NCBI GenBank assembly: GCA_942491415.1
Contig: CALOAD010000022.1
Location: 77,010 to 141,009 of the forward strand
DNA from: Candidatus Gastranaerophilales bacterium
Lineage (GTDB): Bacteria > Cyanobacteriota > Vampirovibrionia > Gastranaerophilales > CALOAD01
Direction: 5' to 3'
Length of the DNA stretch: 64,000 nt
The translations under genes and the position numbers were made by a program. Positions 36,463-46,964 of the stretch are shown in pieces. Numbering within the stretch: the first letter of the stretch is position 1; every line of letters begins with the position of its first letter. Below the pieces are notes generated by a model. The model had not been told where the DNA came from. It was given only the letters and a program-made list of their open reading frames with translations, and ran no database searches.

Positions 36463-38268
36463 TTAAACTACTTCTTTTAGTTCTCTGGCTTTTTTGCCTT
36501 CTACTTTTTTATTAGTATCTAATTTTTCTAACATTACTCGTCTTGAAATATCGATATCCGGCATGTCGTTACCTTTTGATACTGTGTCGGGATCAACATT
36601 TTTAACCCACAGATCCACATAATCTTCTTTAATGAACTTTTTGGAGTTATCTAAAATCAAGTCGATAACCTCAGCCCTTGAAAGTTTACCGTTAGAGTCA
36701 ATACCGGCATTCTCAAGAATTTCCTTAAAATATCTTCGAGTTACATAAGATTTATTTGTAAGGGGTTGTTGTTCCTTTTCAGCATCTTCCAATGCTTCTT
36801 GATCCTCTACTTCCTTATTAATCAAAGATCCGTTTCTGAGAATTTCAACGTTTTTATCACCTATTTTATCTGCAATTTTTGCAATAACATTAGGTGTATC
36901 AGAATCTTTTTTTGTAGGTTCTGCTATGCAATAACCTACAGGATAATTACTTACGCCGACAATTTCTTGACGGTAAGATTTTTTAAAGCGTTTATCAGCG
37001 TTTACACCTCTATTATTAAGCTTTATGCCAATTCCATCGATATTTTCACCCCATTGGAATTTCAAAATATCTCTAACAGTAAGTGTTTTTCCGTTTTTCT
37101 TAGCTTCATTATTTAGATAATGCATACAATATTTAAGAACATCAACTGTAGCAACAACATCAGCAAACGCATCATGTGCACCGTCTACATTTTGACCAAA
37201 CAAGAATTTATATTGTTCTGAGAGTTGTTTTTTAGCGCCTATATAAGGGTGTATCCTTTGGATTAAAATGAAGGGGTCAATTACAGTACAAGATTTTTTA
37301 GGTTCCATACTTGTTTGTTTTTCTTCATTATAATCTTCAACCGCATTTTTTAAGATCGTCATGTCAAATTTACTGTTATACGCAACGACAACTTCATTTT
37401 TAAGATAATCATCCATAAAAGACTCAAGTAGTTCACCCATTTTAGGTTTACCTTTTACGTCTTCATCAAAAATCCTATGAACATTTGAAGCTCCTGCAGG
37501 AATTGGCATTTCAGGGTCTAAAATCTGATCTAGAGCTGAATCAGGGATTATTTGACCTTTAGCATCATACTTAACGGCACCTATTTGAACAATTTTATCT
37601 AAAGGTTTTTGCGCTCTCGGTTCCATCCCTGGTATTGTTGGTTTTTTCACTATATTTACACCTGTTGTTTCAGTATCAAATACAGTAAAAGCAAAATTTA
37701 TATCTCCTGTTTCGGGGTTTATAGCCGACTTATCAAGAAATGACAATTCACTTGAAGTGATTTTGCTCAATTCATTTAAATATCCCGCATACATTTTTTT
37801 AGATGAAGTAGCAGCTAAAGTTCTATATGTAGCAAGAGGCTCTGTTACATTTAAAGGGTTAAATCTTCTTGTCCAAGGAGTATCATTAGCTTCTGCCAAA
37901 GAAAGGGCGTGTAAAAATCCATACACTTCTTCATTAGATGCTTTTGTCCAGTCTAACTGTTCGTTTACAAGTTTTTCCCAGCCTATTTTATCTTTCCAAT
38001 CGATATAATCTGTGTATTCACCATTATCATCTTTTGAGTAAAGACCTTGTCCTTGGTAGTTTTTGCCTTTAATATTTTTTACGACATCTTCTACAATATC
38101 TTTTCCTGTAAAAGCAAGGGCGTAAGATTTTAATCCGGCTGCAGATTCTTTAGAAAAAGATTGAATCGAATTATTTGAACGGTTTAGTATTGTCGTTTTA
38201 AAATTATTGGCTGTTTTATTTAAAAATTTATTATTAATAGTTATATTGTGTGTGTTTATTTTGTTCAT
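36463..38268 (-). CDS. Leader-tagged DEDDh 3'-5' exonuclease domain protein (601 aa)
   Basis: ExoI VFDTETTG, ExoII VAYNSKFDMTIL and ExoIII GAHDAFADV. Flanked by ~190-aa N-terminal and ~200-aa C-terminal regions of unknown function. AAGGGA RBS. Confidence 0.75.
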   Translation of the reverse strand: MNKINTHNITINNKFLNKTANNFKTTILNRSNNSIQSFSKESAAGLKSYALAFTGKDIVEDVVKNIKGKNYQGQGLYSKDDNGEYTDYIDWKDKIGWEKLVNEQLDWTKASNEEVYGFLHALSLAEANDTPWTRRFNPLNVTEPLATYRTLAATSSKKMYAGYLNELSKITSSELSFLDKSAINPETGDINFAFTVFDTETTGVNIVKKPTIPGMEPRAQKPLDKIVQIGAVKYDAKGQIIPDSALDQILDPEMPIPAGASNVHRIFDEDVKGKPKMGELLESFMDDYLKNEVVVAYNSKFDMTILKNAVEDYNEEKQTSMEPKKSCTVIDPFILIQRIHPYIGAKKQLSEQYKFLFGQNVDGAHDAFADVVATVDVLKYCMHYLNNEAKKNGKTLTVRDILKFQWGENIDGIGIKLNNRGVNADKRFKKSYRQEIVGVSNYPVGYCIAEPTKKDSDTPNVIAKIADKIGDKNVEILRNGSLINKEVEDQEALEDAEKEQQPLTNKSYVTRRYFKEILENAGIDSNGKLSRAEVIDLILDNSKKFIKEDYVDLWVKNVDPDTVSKGNDMPDIDISRRVMLEKLDTNKKVEGKKARELKEVV

Positions 38269-38286
38269 TTCTACATTCCCTTGGCA

Positions 38287-40392
38287 TTAAAAATTAAATT
38301 TTGGCTCAACTGATTTTACAAAACTTTTTAGTTTTTGAAGACCGCCGGTGAAGGAAATTACTTCGCCCTCTGTTTTGCTATAATTCCAGTCTTTTGCGAA
38401 TTGCCTGACAAATGTTTGGGCAATTTTTTTATTTGAGAAAGCTAAAAGACATTCATTATTTCCCCTTTTAAACCTTTCTCTACGTCCCTCATGATATTTA
38501 ATAAGTTTATAGAATCCAAGCAAACGCTTTAAACTTTGAATGTTTTTCTTTGAGTTTTCCAGTTCTATAAATTGTGGTTTACCATCTTTTTTGACCATTG
38601 CTTTAAGTTTAATGTCTTCATTTTTATTGATATTTTTAAGGATTGCTTTTATCGATCTACTGCGGAATTTAATTTTATCTAAATCATAATTTTCCATATC
38701 TTTTGAGAATGCTGATTCAAGACCTATCATTTTTTCCAGCTTTGATGTAGCAGAAGCATATTCTAAAATATCTTCGGTTATAATTTCATTTGTGCGTTTA
38801 TAATCTGATCTTAATCCTTTTTCAACGTTTTGTTCAAGACCTACAGCACTCCAGTTAGCAGAACCGATAACAACTTCTTCATCATCAAAAACAGCCAGTT
38901 TTGTATGTAATCTTTGTCCGATAGATTCATTTACATTGAAAGTTCTAGCAGGAACGCCCGCACTTTCAAGAGCTTCAAAAGCTTTTCGACAATATGGAAA
39001 TTCTTCTATAATATCAGGTGATATTAATATTTGAACCTCAAAAGGTCTGCCTCCTTCTTTAGATTCGTTGACTCTTTCTATGATCATATTTGTTATTTCT
39101 TTGTGAGTTAACACGAATAAAGAAGCTTTTAAAGATTTGGCATCTTGTAGTCTTTCTTTAATATAAGTACTTATTTCACTACCTTTTTCATTTTCATTAG
39201 AAAGCTTAATTTCTCTAGGAGTGTTTGTTAATACTTTTATAGCAGGTTTTTCTGTTGGATTGACTTCAACCATATCAAGTCTACCTTCTTTAAAACGGTT
39301 CCTATCTTCAGGATTATTAAATAATTCACCTACCATTTGCATATATTCAATATTTTCAGGTTTAATTTTCTTTTTAGCGTTTGAATAGTTAACACGATCA
39401 GCTTCTGTTAAAGGACCTTCAATAAGCTTTGTAGCTCCGAGTCTTTGCCAAGCAAATTTCCAATCTTTGTTAAAAATATCATTAATTATATTATCTACTT
39501 CACTACTTTTGTAAGGTGTACCTTTTTTGTATTCTCTGGTTTCCAGAGCAACACAACAATCATGATTCGCACTGGAATGAGTTCCCCAGTTCATCCCGCC
39601 TACGATAGCTTTTTCTCCGTCAACCGCAAGCATTTTAACATGTTGAAGGTTAGCACCTTTTTGGTTTGCACGAGGGTAAGGGACAACATCAATGCCATTT
39701 TCTTTTAAATAACGAACCATTTTAATATTGTTATATTGTCTATATCTATCTTTTTCTTTAACCAACCCTTTTTTAATCAAATCAGAATCAACAAAGTCAT
39801 GAGTTCTTTCTTTTTCCCCAGCACCGTTAATTCCCCATTTATGAACATCTAAAATAACCTGAACTTTTAATTCAGGGTTAGCTTTTTTCTTCTCAATCAT
39901 TGTAGATAAAAGTTTTTGTTGTTGCTCCCAGCCCGGAACAACTTCAGCACCGTTTGAGGGCCAAATATCTCCGTCTACGTCAAGGTTTTGAAATTCAAAC
40001 ATTTCAACCTGAATAGATTTTTTAGCGTTTGAGACATATTCTAGGGTTTTATCAAAAATTTGTTCAGCATCTATTAGTGATGTTACTTTTGTTTTTCCTA
40101 CATTTGCAGTTACACTTTTCTCGGGAATAACTCCTTGAAGTGGTGCTAAATGTTTCATATACTGCAGTATATAGTCATTTACGCTCATTCCAAGTTTATT
40201 AGCGTAATTTACAAGCTTTGCTCCTAAATCTTGAGAAACCTCTACATTTACAGGTTTTTGACCCTGCTGAACAGGATGTAAGACTTTAGGCAATGATGCT
40301 TGGCAAGTTTCTTTTCTTTTTGATCCGAAGAATGCTATATTATTGTTCTTTTGAACTGAATTTTGCTGAAAGAAATTCAGATTTGAAATCAT
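38287..40392 (-). CDS. Leader-tagged phospholipase D superfamily protein with two HKD motifs (701 aa)
   Basis: HVKMLAVDGEKAIVGGMNW and HTKLAVFDDEEVVIGSANWS. N-terminus MISNLNFFQQNSVQKNNNIAFFGSKRKE. Confidence 0.8.
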   Translation of the reverse strand: MISNLNFFQQNSVQKNNNIAFFGSKRKETCQASLPKVLHPVQQGQKPVNVEVSQDLGAKLVNYANKLGMSVNDYILQYMKHLAPLQGVIPEKSVTANVGKTKVTSLIDAEQIFDKTLEYVSNAKKSIQVEMFEFQNLDVDGDIWPSNGAEVVPGWEQQQKLLSTMIEKKKANPELKVQVILDVHKWGINGAGEKERTHDFVDSDLIKKGLVKEKDRYRQYNNIKMVRYLKENGIDVVPYPRANQKGANLQHVKMLAVDGEKAIVGGMNWGTHSSANHDCCVALETREYKKGTPYKSSEVDNIINDIFNKDWKFAWQRLGATKLIEGPLTEADRVNYSNAKKKIKPENIEYMQMVGELFNNPEDRNRFKEGRLDMVEVNPTEKPAIKVLTNTPREIKLSNENEKGSEISTYIKERLQDAKSLKASLFVLTHKEITNMIIERVNESKEGGRPFEVQILISPDIIEEFPYCRKAFEALESAGVPARTFNVNESIGQRLHTKLAVFDDEEVVIGSANWSAVGLEQNVEKGLRSDYKRTNEIITEDILEYASATSKLEKMIGLESAFSKDMENYDLDKIKFRSRSIKAILKNINKNEDIKLKAMVKKDGKPQFIELENSKKNIQSLKRLLGFYKLIKYHEGRRERFKRGNNECLLAFSNKKIAQTFVRQFAKDWNYSKTEGEVISFTGGLQKLKSFVKSVEPKFNF

Positions 40393-40749
40393 TTTATTGA
40401 CCTATCTATAAAAAATATTCATTATGTTTTTTAAAAAAAAATACAAGTAAAAATTGCCAATAATGGTTTCTTTTTTTAGGCTTTGTTACATAAAAACACA
40501 TGTTAAAATTTATAAATTCATTTTGTTTTTTAAAGTTATATTTTGATTAATTTTTCAATGATTTTTGTAAAAAAATGTGACGTTATATTTAGTCTTATGA
40601 AACTGAGAAATGAAAACCTGTGTCAAAAACAACTTTTATGTGATAATATTATTGAGCACAATAATTCGTTTCATGCTCTCTTGAGAGCTTAGATATAAAT
40701 AATAATTGAATTTTTATACAACTAAAGGTGAGTTTTTATAATTCACAGT

Positions 40750-42330
40750 GTGTTTTCATATATAGAAACGAGGTATAGGACAATAGGTAATTTAATTCCG
40801 TTTGCAGTTCCTGTGGTTTTGCTGGTTTTAGCGATAATTTATATAGTTATTTTGCATATAAAAATTGCCGGTAATAATTCTAAAATCAATGAAATAAAAG
40901 AGAACGCTGAAAAACAACTAAAAGAAGTAGATGAAAAAATTGAGCTTCAAAAAAAAGAAGCTGTGATTGCGGCAAAAGAATCTTTGCAATCACAAAGACA
41001 AGATTTTGACCAAGAAGTTAGAGAGCGAAGATCTGAACTTTCTCGTTTAGAAAATAAACTAACTCAAAAAGAAGATAGATTAGAGTCGAAAACTCAATCA
41101 GTAACTGACAAAGAACATGATCTAAATAAAAAAATGGATCAACTTGTTGAAAAAGAAGATTATTTGGCAGATTTGGTTGCCAAGCAAATATCTGAACTTG
41201 AGCGAATTTCAGGGATAACCTCAGAAGAAGCCAAAAAGATTCTTTTAGGTCAACTTGAAAATGACCTTAAGATGGAATATGCTCAGGCTGTTCGTGAAAA
41301 CGAAGCTAAAATAAAAGAAGAAGCTAATGTAAAATCAAGAGAAATTTTATCAACTACTATGCAACGATGCGTAATGGATACAGTAGTTGAATCTACCGTT
41401 TCCGTTGTGAATCTTCCTAACGACGAAATGAAAGGAAGAATCATAGGTAGAGAAGGTAGAAATATTAGAGCGTTAGAAACTGCTACAGGAGTTGATTTAA
41501 TCATTGACGATACCCCTGAAGCAGTTGTTTTATCTTGCTTTGATCCTGTGAGAAGAGAAGTTGCAAGAATTGCTCTTGAAAAATTAATTGCTGATGGTCG
41601 TATTCACCCTGTCAGAATTGAAGAAATGGTTGAAAAATCTCGTGAAGAGATTGAAGAAAAACTTCTAAAAGAAGGTGAAGCTGCGGCTTTAGAGCTTGGT
41701 GTTATGAATCTTCACTTAGAAGAAATAAAAACGCTTGGTAGGCTTTATTATAGAACCAGTTACGGACAAAATGTCCTTAAACATTCTATTGAAGTTGGTC
41801 AAATTGCCGGCATGTTAGCTGCAGAGCTTGGTTCTGATATTGAACTGGCTAAAAGAGCCGGTTTATTGCATGACATCGGAAAAGCTTTAGACCAAACTCG
41901 TGATGGTACGCACATAGAGCTAGGTGTTGAATTTGCAAGACGCTACGGCGAAAAAGAAGCTGTAGTGCACGCAATCGAAGCTCACCATGATGATGTTGCC
42001 GCTAATACTGTTGAAGCTGTGCTAATTAAAATAGCTGATGCAATGAGCGCAGGTCGTCCGGGTGCAAGACGTGATACATTAGAAATTTACATTAAGAGAA
42101 TTCAAAAACTTGAAGAAATAGCTACAAGTTTTGAAGGAATAAAAAGATCCTTTGCCGTCCAATCAGGGCGTGAAGTTAGAGTTCTTGTTCAACCGACAGT
42201 ATTTGATGATGCAGGTGCGAGTAAATTAGCTCGTGATATTGCAAAACGTATAGAATCAGAGCTTGATTATCCGGGACAAATAAGAGTAACGGTTGTGCGA
42301 GAAATGAGAGCTACAGAAATAGCAAAATAA
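40750..42330 (+). CDS. rny: Ribonuclease Y
   Basis: N-terminal TM, coiled coil, KH ([15 protein letters not shown]) and HD (LLHDIGKA) domains. GTG start as in the ORF track. Confidence 0.9.
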   Translation: MFSYIETRYRTIGNLIPFAVPVVLLVLAIIYIVILHIKIAGNNSKINEIKENAEKQLKEVDEKIELQKKEAVIAAKESLQSQRQDFDQEVRERRSELSRLENKLTQKEDRLESKTQSVTDKEHDLNKKMDQLVEKEDYLADLVAKQISELERISGITSEEAKKILLGQLENDLKMEYAQAVRENEAKIKEEANVKSREILSTTMQRCVMDTVVESTVSVVNLPNDEMKGRIIGREGRNIRALETATGVDLIIDDTPEAVVLSCFDPVRREVARIALEKLIADGRIHPVRIEEMVEKSREEIEEKLLKEGEAAALELGVMNLHLEEIKTLGRLYYRTSYGQNVLKHSIEVGQIAGMLAAELGSDIELAKRAGLLHDIGKALDQTRDGTHIELGVEFARRYGEKEAVVHAIEAHHDDVAANTVEAVLIKIADAMSAGRPGARRDTLEIYIKRIQKLEEIATSFEGIKRSFAVQSGREVRVLVQPTVFDDAGASKLARDIAKRIESELDYPGQIRVTVVREMRATEIAK

Positions 42331-43145
42331 TGAATGACTGCATCAAAATTTTATTCATAGGTGATATAGTCGGCAGACCCGGTCGAAGAATAGTTGAAGA
42401 CTATCTTTCGGAAAAAGGGTCTGTTGACTCTTATGATTTTGTAATAGCAAATGTAGAAAATGCCTCTCATGGATTTGGATTAACTAAAAGAAATCACGAT
42501 CAGCTTTCTGAATGTGGAATTGATGCTTTTACTTCAGGTAACCATATTTGGGATAGAAAAGAAATTTTTGATTATATTGACCAGTCTCAAAAACTTGTAA
42601 GACCTTTAAATTATACAAATGAAGTACCGGGAGTCGGTTCAAGGATTTTTGAATCAAAAGATTTTTCGATAGGAGTTATTAGTCTTTTAGGTCAGGTTTT
42701 TATGAACTCTATAACATCACCTTGGCAAATAATTGAAGCTGAAATTAAAAAACTAAAAGAAAAAACGTCTATAATTATAATTGATTTTCATGCCGAAGCG
42801 ACGGCAGAGAAAGTTTCATTTGGATATTATGCAGATACGCTTGGTGTAAGTGCTGTTTTAGGCACTCATACACACGTTCAAACTGCTGATGAAAAAGTAT
42901 TAACAAACGGATGTGCTTATATTACCGATGCCGGTTTTTGTGGAGCTAGTGAAGGGGTAATAGGAATGGATATCAAAAGTTCCTTTAAAAGACTTAAAAC
43001 AGGACTTCCCGAAAGATTTGATGTAGCCCCAATGGACAAAGCCGAGTTAAATGGTGTAAAAATATTATTAGATAGACATTCAGGAAAAGCATGTTGTATT
43101 GAAAGAATTAAGTATTATAAAGATTTTAGTGAGGATAGAGAATAA
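42330..43145 (+). CDS. ymdB: YmdB-like metallophosphoesterase (2',3'-cyclic-nucleotide phosphodiesterase family)
   Basis: ILFIGDIVGRPGR...ANVENASHGFG...DFHAEATAEK. Conserved rny-ymdB pairing. Confidence 0.85.
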   Translation: MNDCIKILFIGDIVGRPGRRIVEDYLSEKGSVDSYDFVIANVENASHGFGLTKRNHDQLSECGIDAFTSGNHIWDRKEIFDYIDQSQKLVRPLNYTNEVPGVGSRIFESKDFSIGVISLLGQVFMNSITSPWQIIEAEIKKLKEKTSIIIIDFHAEATAEKVSFGYYADTLGVSAVLGTHTHVQTADEKVLTNGCAYITDAGFCGASEGVIGMDIKSSFKRLKTGLPERFDVAPMDKAELNGVKILLDRHSGKACCIERIKYYKDFSEDRE

Positions 43146-43160
43146 TGAAAGGATAAAGTA

Positions 43161-44027
43161 GTGAAGACAGATCTGCATATTCACAGCACATACTCAGATG
43201 GTAGTTTTACACCTGAGCTGCTGGTTGAAACTGCGTTAGAGCAAGATCTTTCAGTTATATCAATAACTGATCATGATAATGTTCTGGCATTCGAGCATGC
43301 AAAAGCACATGCCGAAAAAATAGCCCAAGAAAAAAATGAGCCTGTTTTAGAGATAATTCCCGGAGTAGAAATAAACACTATTTGGGACGGTAAAGAGATT
43401 CATATATTAGGTTATTTTATGAATTCTGAGTCTAAACCTTTTCAAGATATGCTTAAATATCAACAACATGCCAGAGTTGAGCAAACTATACAAATTCTTG
43501 ACTTGCTCAAGAAAAAAGCAGGTATAAATATAGAATTTGATACATTGAAAGCTTTAGTTGCTGAAGGTGGTAGTATTGGACGACCGCATATTGCAAAAAC
43601 CATTGTAAAAGCAGGAGGTACTCGAAATGTTTCCGAGGCTTACAATAAATATATTAATGACGATTCTCCCGTTTATATGAGAAGGAAGACTGTTTCTCCA
43701 CATGAAGCAGTAGAGACAATCTACGAAGCTTCAGGCATACCGGTAATCGCTCATCCTTGTGATCTTGAAAAGTCAGAAGATCTTATAAAAGAATTAATGA
43801 ATTATGGGCTGCGAGGAATTGAAGCTTATCACAGAAAGCATTCACCTGCTATGGTTGAGTATTACTCAAGTATGGCGGAAAGATTAGGACTTATTGTAAC
43901 AGGGGGTTCTGACTTCCATAGTCCAAATCTTAGTGGTCAAATCTTTATGGGTAAAAACTTTATCCCTGAAAGAGTTGTGGACGAATTAAAAAAAGAAAAA
44001 AACAGAATTGCTATAGCAATAGGTTAA
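43161..44027 (+). CDS. PHP-domain phosphoesterase
   Basis: DLHIHSTYSDGS...ITDHD...AHP...GGSDFH. Confidence 0.8.
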   Translation: MKTDLHIHSTYSDGSFTPELLVETALEQDLSVISITDHDNVLAFEHAKAHAEKIAQEKNEPVLEIIPGVEINTIWDGKEIHILGYFMNSESKPFQDMLKYQQHARVEQTIQILDLLKKKAGINIEFDTLKALVAEGGSIGRPHIAKTIVKAGGTRNVSEAYNKYINDDSPVYMRRKTVSPHEAVETIYEASGIPVIAHPCDLEKSEDLIKELMNYGLRGIEAYHRKHSPAMVEYYSSMAERLGLIVTGGSDFHSPNLSGQIFMGKNFIPERVVDELKKEKNRIAIAIG

Positions 44028-44053
44028 ATTAATTAATTTATAGAAACAGCACT

Positions 44054-44084
44054 AAAAAAGGACGTTGTAACGTCCTTTTTTTAT
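44054..44084 (+). terminator. Rho-independent terminator
   Basis: AAAAAGGACG-TTGTAA-CGTCCTTTTTTT. Confidence 0.6.
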
Positions 44085-44348
44085 TTAAAATAAATTAGCG
44101 TTTTTTTGACTGATTATTTTTTTATTATTTCAACATCTTCTTTTATAACCTTAATCTGGTGAAAAAGATCATCGATAGAATCTTTTAAGTCATTTTTAAT
44201 TGTTTGAAGAACGTTTACGGCTTTTTTCAATAAATTTTTACTTAACACCTTTCTTTATTGAAAACGGCGCATATTCTATACCTTGCTTTAAAATATGTAC
44301 CCTTATCCAAAAGTCAATAAAATTTATAGCCGTGCCATTTTGTACTTT

Positions 44349-45401
44349 TTAGTTAATATACTCGTGTAAATGTTTAATCTCTCGAGATGCCCTTAATTTT
44401 TTAATTGCAGTATCTTCAACTTGACGAATTCTCTCTTTTGAAAATCCAAACATCCGCCCTAGTTCTTCTAAAGTTTTTTCAGAAGAATCTCCCAATCCAA
44501 ATCTTTCTTCTAAAATTCTTTTTTCACGTTCAGTTAAAACTGACATTGCTTCTAATATATCGCAATGCAAAAGAGATTTTACGGCTTTTTGATGAGGACT
44601 TGCATTAGGCTCATCAGGAACATAATCTTCAAGGAAAAGATCTTCTCCTATTGGCATATCAAGACTTATAGGCTCTCTTTGCATGGCTTTTTTAATATTG
44701 GCTATTTTATCAGATGCCATTTGCATTTTTTCACCTAATTCTTCCAATGTAGCTTCTCTGCCCAGCATTAAGGATAAATCCAAAGAATGTTTTTTTAATT
44801 GACGAATTTTATCTGACATGTGAACCGGTATTCTTATTGTCCTTGAACAATTTGCGATTGACCTGATGATGGTTTGTCTTATCCACCAAGTTGCATAGGT
44901 ACTAAATTTGAAACCTTTACGATAATCAAAACGTTCAGCAGCTCGCATAAGCCCCAGGCTTCCTTCTTGTACTAAATCCATGAATAAAACTCCCTGTCCG
45001 ACATATTTTTTAGCTATACTTACAACGAGTCTTAAATTTGCCTGCACAAGTCTGTTTTTTGCTCTTTTTGCTTCTATCTTACTTCCTTCTCTTATTTTTT
45101 TACCTATTTCAATCTCTTCACTAGCTGAGAGCATTTTTTTGCGACCAATATCTCTAAGGTACATTTGAAGGATATCATCTGATTTAAATTCACGTTCGAT
45201 CGTTTTTTTTCGTTTTACAACGATTGGTTTATCCAGGTGTTCTTCATCTTCAACAGGTTCTTCTACAAACTTTAATTCTTCTTTTTTTACCGGAATTCCC
45301 AAGGTTGAAGTGATGTCATAATCTTCATGATCTTCTAAATCGATTAAATAATCGTAATCGAGTCCTTGATCTTTTTCTTTTACTTTTGCTTTTTTTGCCA
45401 T
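44349..45401 (-). CDS. rpoD: Primary-type sigma-70 factor
   Basis: Region 2 ([10 protein letters not shown]), region 3 and region 4.2 ([20 protein letters not shown]). Acidic N-terminus. Confidence 0.9.
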   Translation of the reverse strand: MAKKAKVKEKDQGLDYDYLIDLEDHEDYDITSTLGIPVKKEELKFVEEPVEDEEHLDKPIVVKRKKTIEREFKSDDILQMYLRDIGRKKMLSASEEIEIGKKIREGSKIEAKRAKNRLVQANLRLVVSIAKKYVGQGVLFMDLVQEGSLGLMRAAERFDYRKGFKFSTYATWWIRQTIIRSIANCSRTIRIPVHMSDKIRQLKKHSLDLSLMLGREATLEELGEKMQMASDKIANIKKAMQREPISLDMPIGEDLFLEDYVPDEPNASPHQKAVKSLLHCDILEAMSVLTEREKRILEERFGLGDSSEKTLEELGRMFGFSKERIRQVEDTAIKKLRASREIKHLHEYIN

Positions 45402-45832
45402 GGATTGTTTCCTTCAATCTTTAATTTTAAATTCAGCTAATATAAAACTGAAAATTTTATTTCAGTTTTATATGATTTTAGATGAACTGCTTTTGTAACC
45501 TAACATACCCCGTGTATATATTTATACAAAGACACTTAACAAACCTGACGATAGGCTGTTAAATTTGTTTCGTTGTTTTGTAAAAATAGCAATAAAAAAC
45601 TTAATTTGTCATTAAGTTATGAAACTAAAAGCTATTCTAAACATCTATAAATACATAAATATTCTTTATAATTAACAATTTAAAAAATGTTTTTAGCATA
45701 TGACAAATACGAGTTATCCCTTAAATATATACACTTGTCCGATGACAAAATTTTATTTTATTTTGCAAACATTCATGTTTATAGTATTTTTTTATTATAG
45801 GTGTTAGATAAACCAAAGAAGGTACAATAGTA

Positions 45833-46936
45833 ATGGTCAAAAAACTAATCACAGAAGACACAAAAGCGTTTATGACCGGAAATGAAGTCATTGCACACGC
45901 AGCAGTTGCAGCAGGTGCTGAATTCATGTACGGTTATCCTATTACGCCTCAAAACGAGATCATGCACACCTGGTGTAAGCTTCTTCCTAAAACAGAAGCT
46001 GGATTCCTACAAACAGAAGATGAGATCTCAGCTGGATTCTCTACTATTGGCGGTATTTTAGCCGGCAAGAAAGCTTTTACAGCTACAGCAGGTCCCGGTA
46101 ATGTTATCATGCAAGATGCTATGTCAATGGCAGAAATGATGAGAATACCTTTTGTTTGCGCGGTGATGCAAAGGGGTGGTCCTAGTACTGCAACTGTTAT
46201 TTATGCTCAACAAGAAACTACATTAACTTGTTTCGGCGGAAACGGTGAAGGATTCAGGATCGTTTACTCTACAGCAGGTCATCAAGACTTGTACGATTAT
46301 ACAATTAAAGCATTCAACACAGCTTGGAAATACAGATTCCCAACTTATGTCCTAGCTGATGGCTATCAAGGAAAAATGAGAGAGCCTGTGGTTATGTATG
46401 ACCCTAACTCTAGAGGCATTGATATGCTTCCTGCCATTCCTTCATTAAGAGGCGAAGGTGTTGCAGGTGTTGACAGAAAACCTGTCCATCTAAGAAATAC
46501 TTTTAACTTAGAAGAAGAGTTAATGGAAGTTTTAGAGGGCTACAAGAAAGAATTCGAAGAACTTACTCCTGAAATTGCTGAATTCAAAGAATATAGAACA
46601 GAAGATGCCGAAATACTTATTATTGCTCACGGTATAGTAGCAAGAAGTGCTATGACTGCCATTGATGCATTAAGAAGCAAAGGTGTTAAAGTTGGTCTAT
46701 TTAGACCTATAACACTTAGACCTTTAGCCGTTGAACCATTAAGAAATGCTGTTAAAAAAGCTAAACAAGTTCTGTTTACTGAATCAGCTGATGGTCAATT
46801 CGCTAGAATGGCATTAGAAAAACTTTATGGATTAACCACTCCATACTCAACTTTATTTAAGATGGGTGTTGGCGTAACAGGTAATGATCTTATCGAAAAA
46901 GTTGAACAAATGATTAAAGAGCCAGCTACTGTTTAG
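45833..46936 (+). CDS. 2-oxoacid:ferredoxin oxidoreductase, alpha subunit
   Basis: GNEVIAHAAVAAGAEFMYGYPITPQNEI. First gene of a four-gene operon. Confidence 0.85.
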   Translation: MVKKLITEDTKAFMTGNEVIAHAAVAAGAEFMYGYPITPQNEIMHTWCKLLPKTEAGFLQTEDEISAGFSTIGGILAGKKAFTATAGPGNVIMQDAMSMAEMMRIPFVCAVMQRGGPSTATVIYAQQETTLTCFGGNGEGFRIVYSTAGHQDLYDYTIKAFNTAWKYRFPTYVLADGYQGKMREPVVMYDPNSRGIDMLPAIPSLRGEGVAGVDRKPVHLRNTFNLEEELMEVLEGYKKEFEELTPEIAEFKEYRTEDAEILIIAHGIVARSAMTAIDALRSKGVKVGLFRPITLRPLAVEPLRNAVKKAKQVLFTESADGQFARMALEKLYGLTTPYSTLFKMGVGVTGNDLIEKVEQMIKEPATV

Positions 46937-46964
46937 TAGTTATGGATACTAAAAGGAGATAAAA

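Noticed and set aside
40737-40752. Third copy of the ACTAATTCACTTGTGT block (ATAATTCACAGTGTGT at the rny start)
   Set aside because: It matches only about 13 of 16 positions, has no flanking similarity and overlaps the start codon, so it is probably chance.
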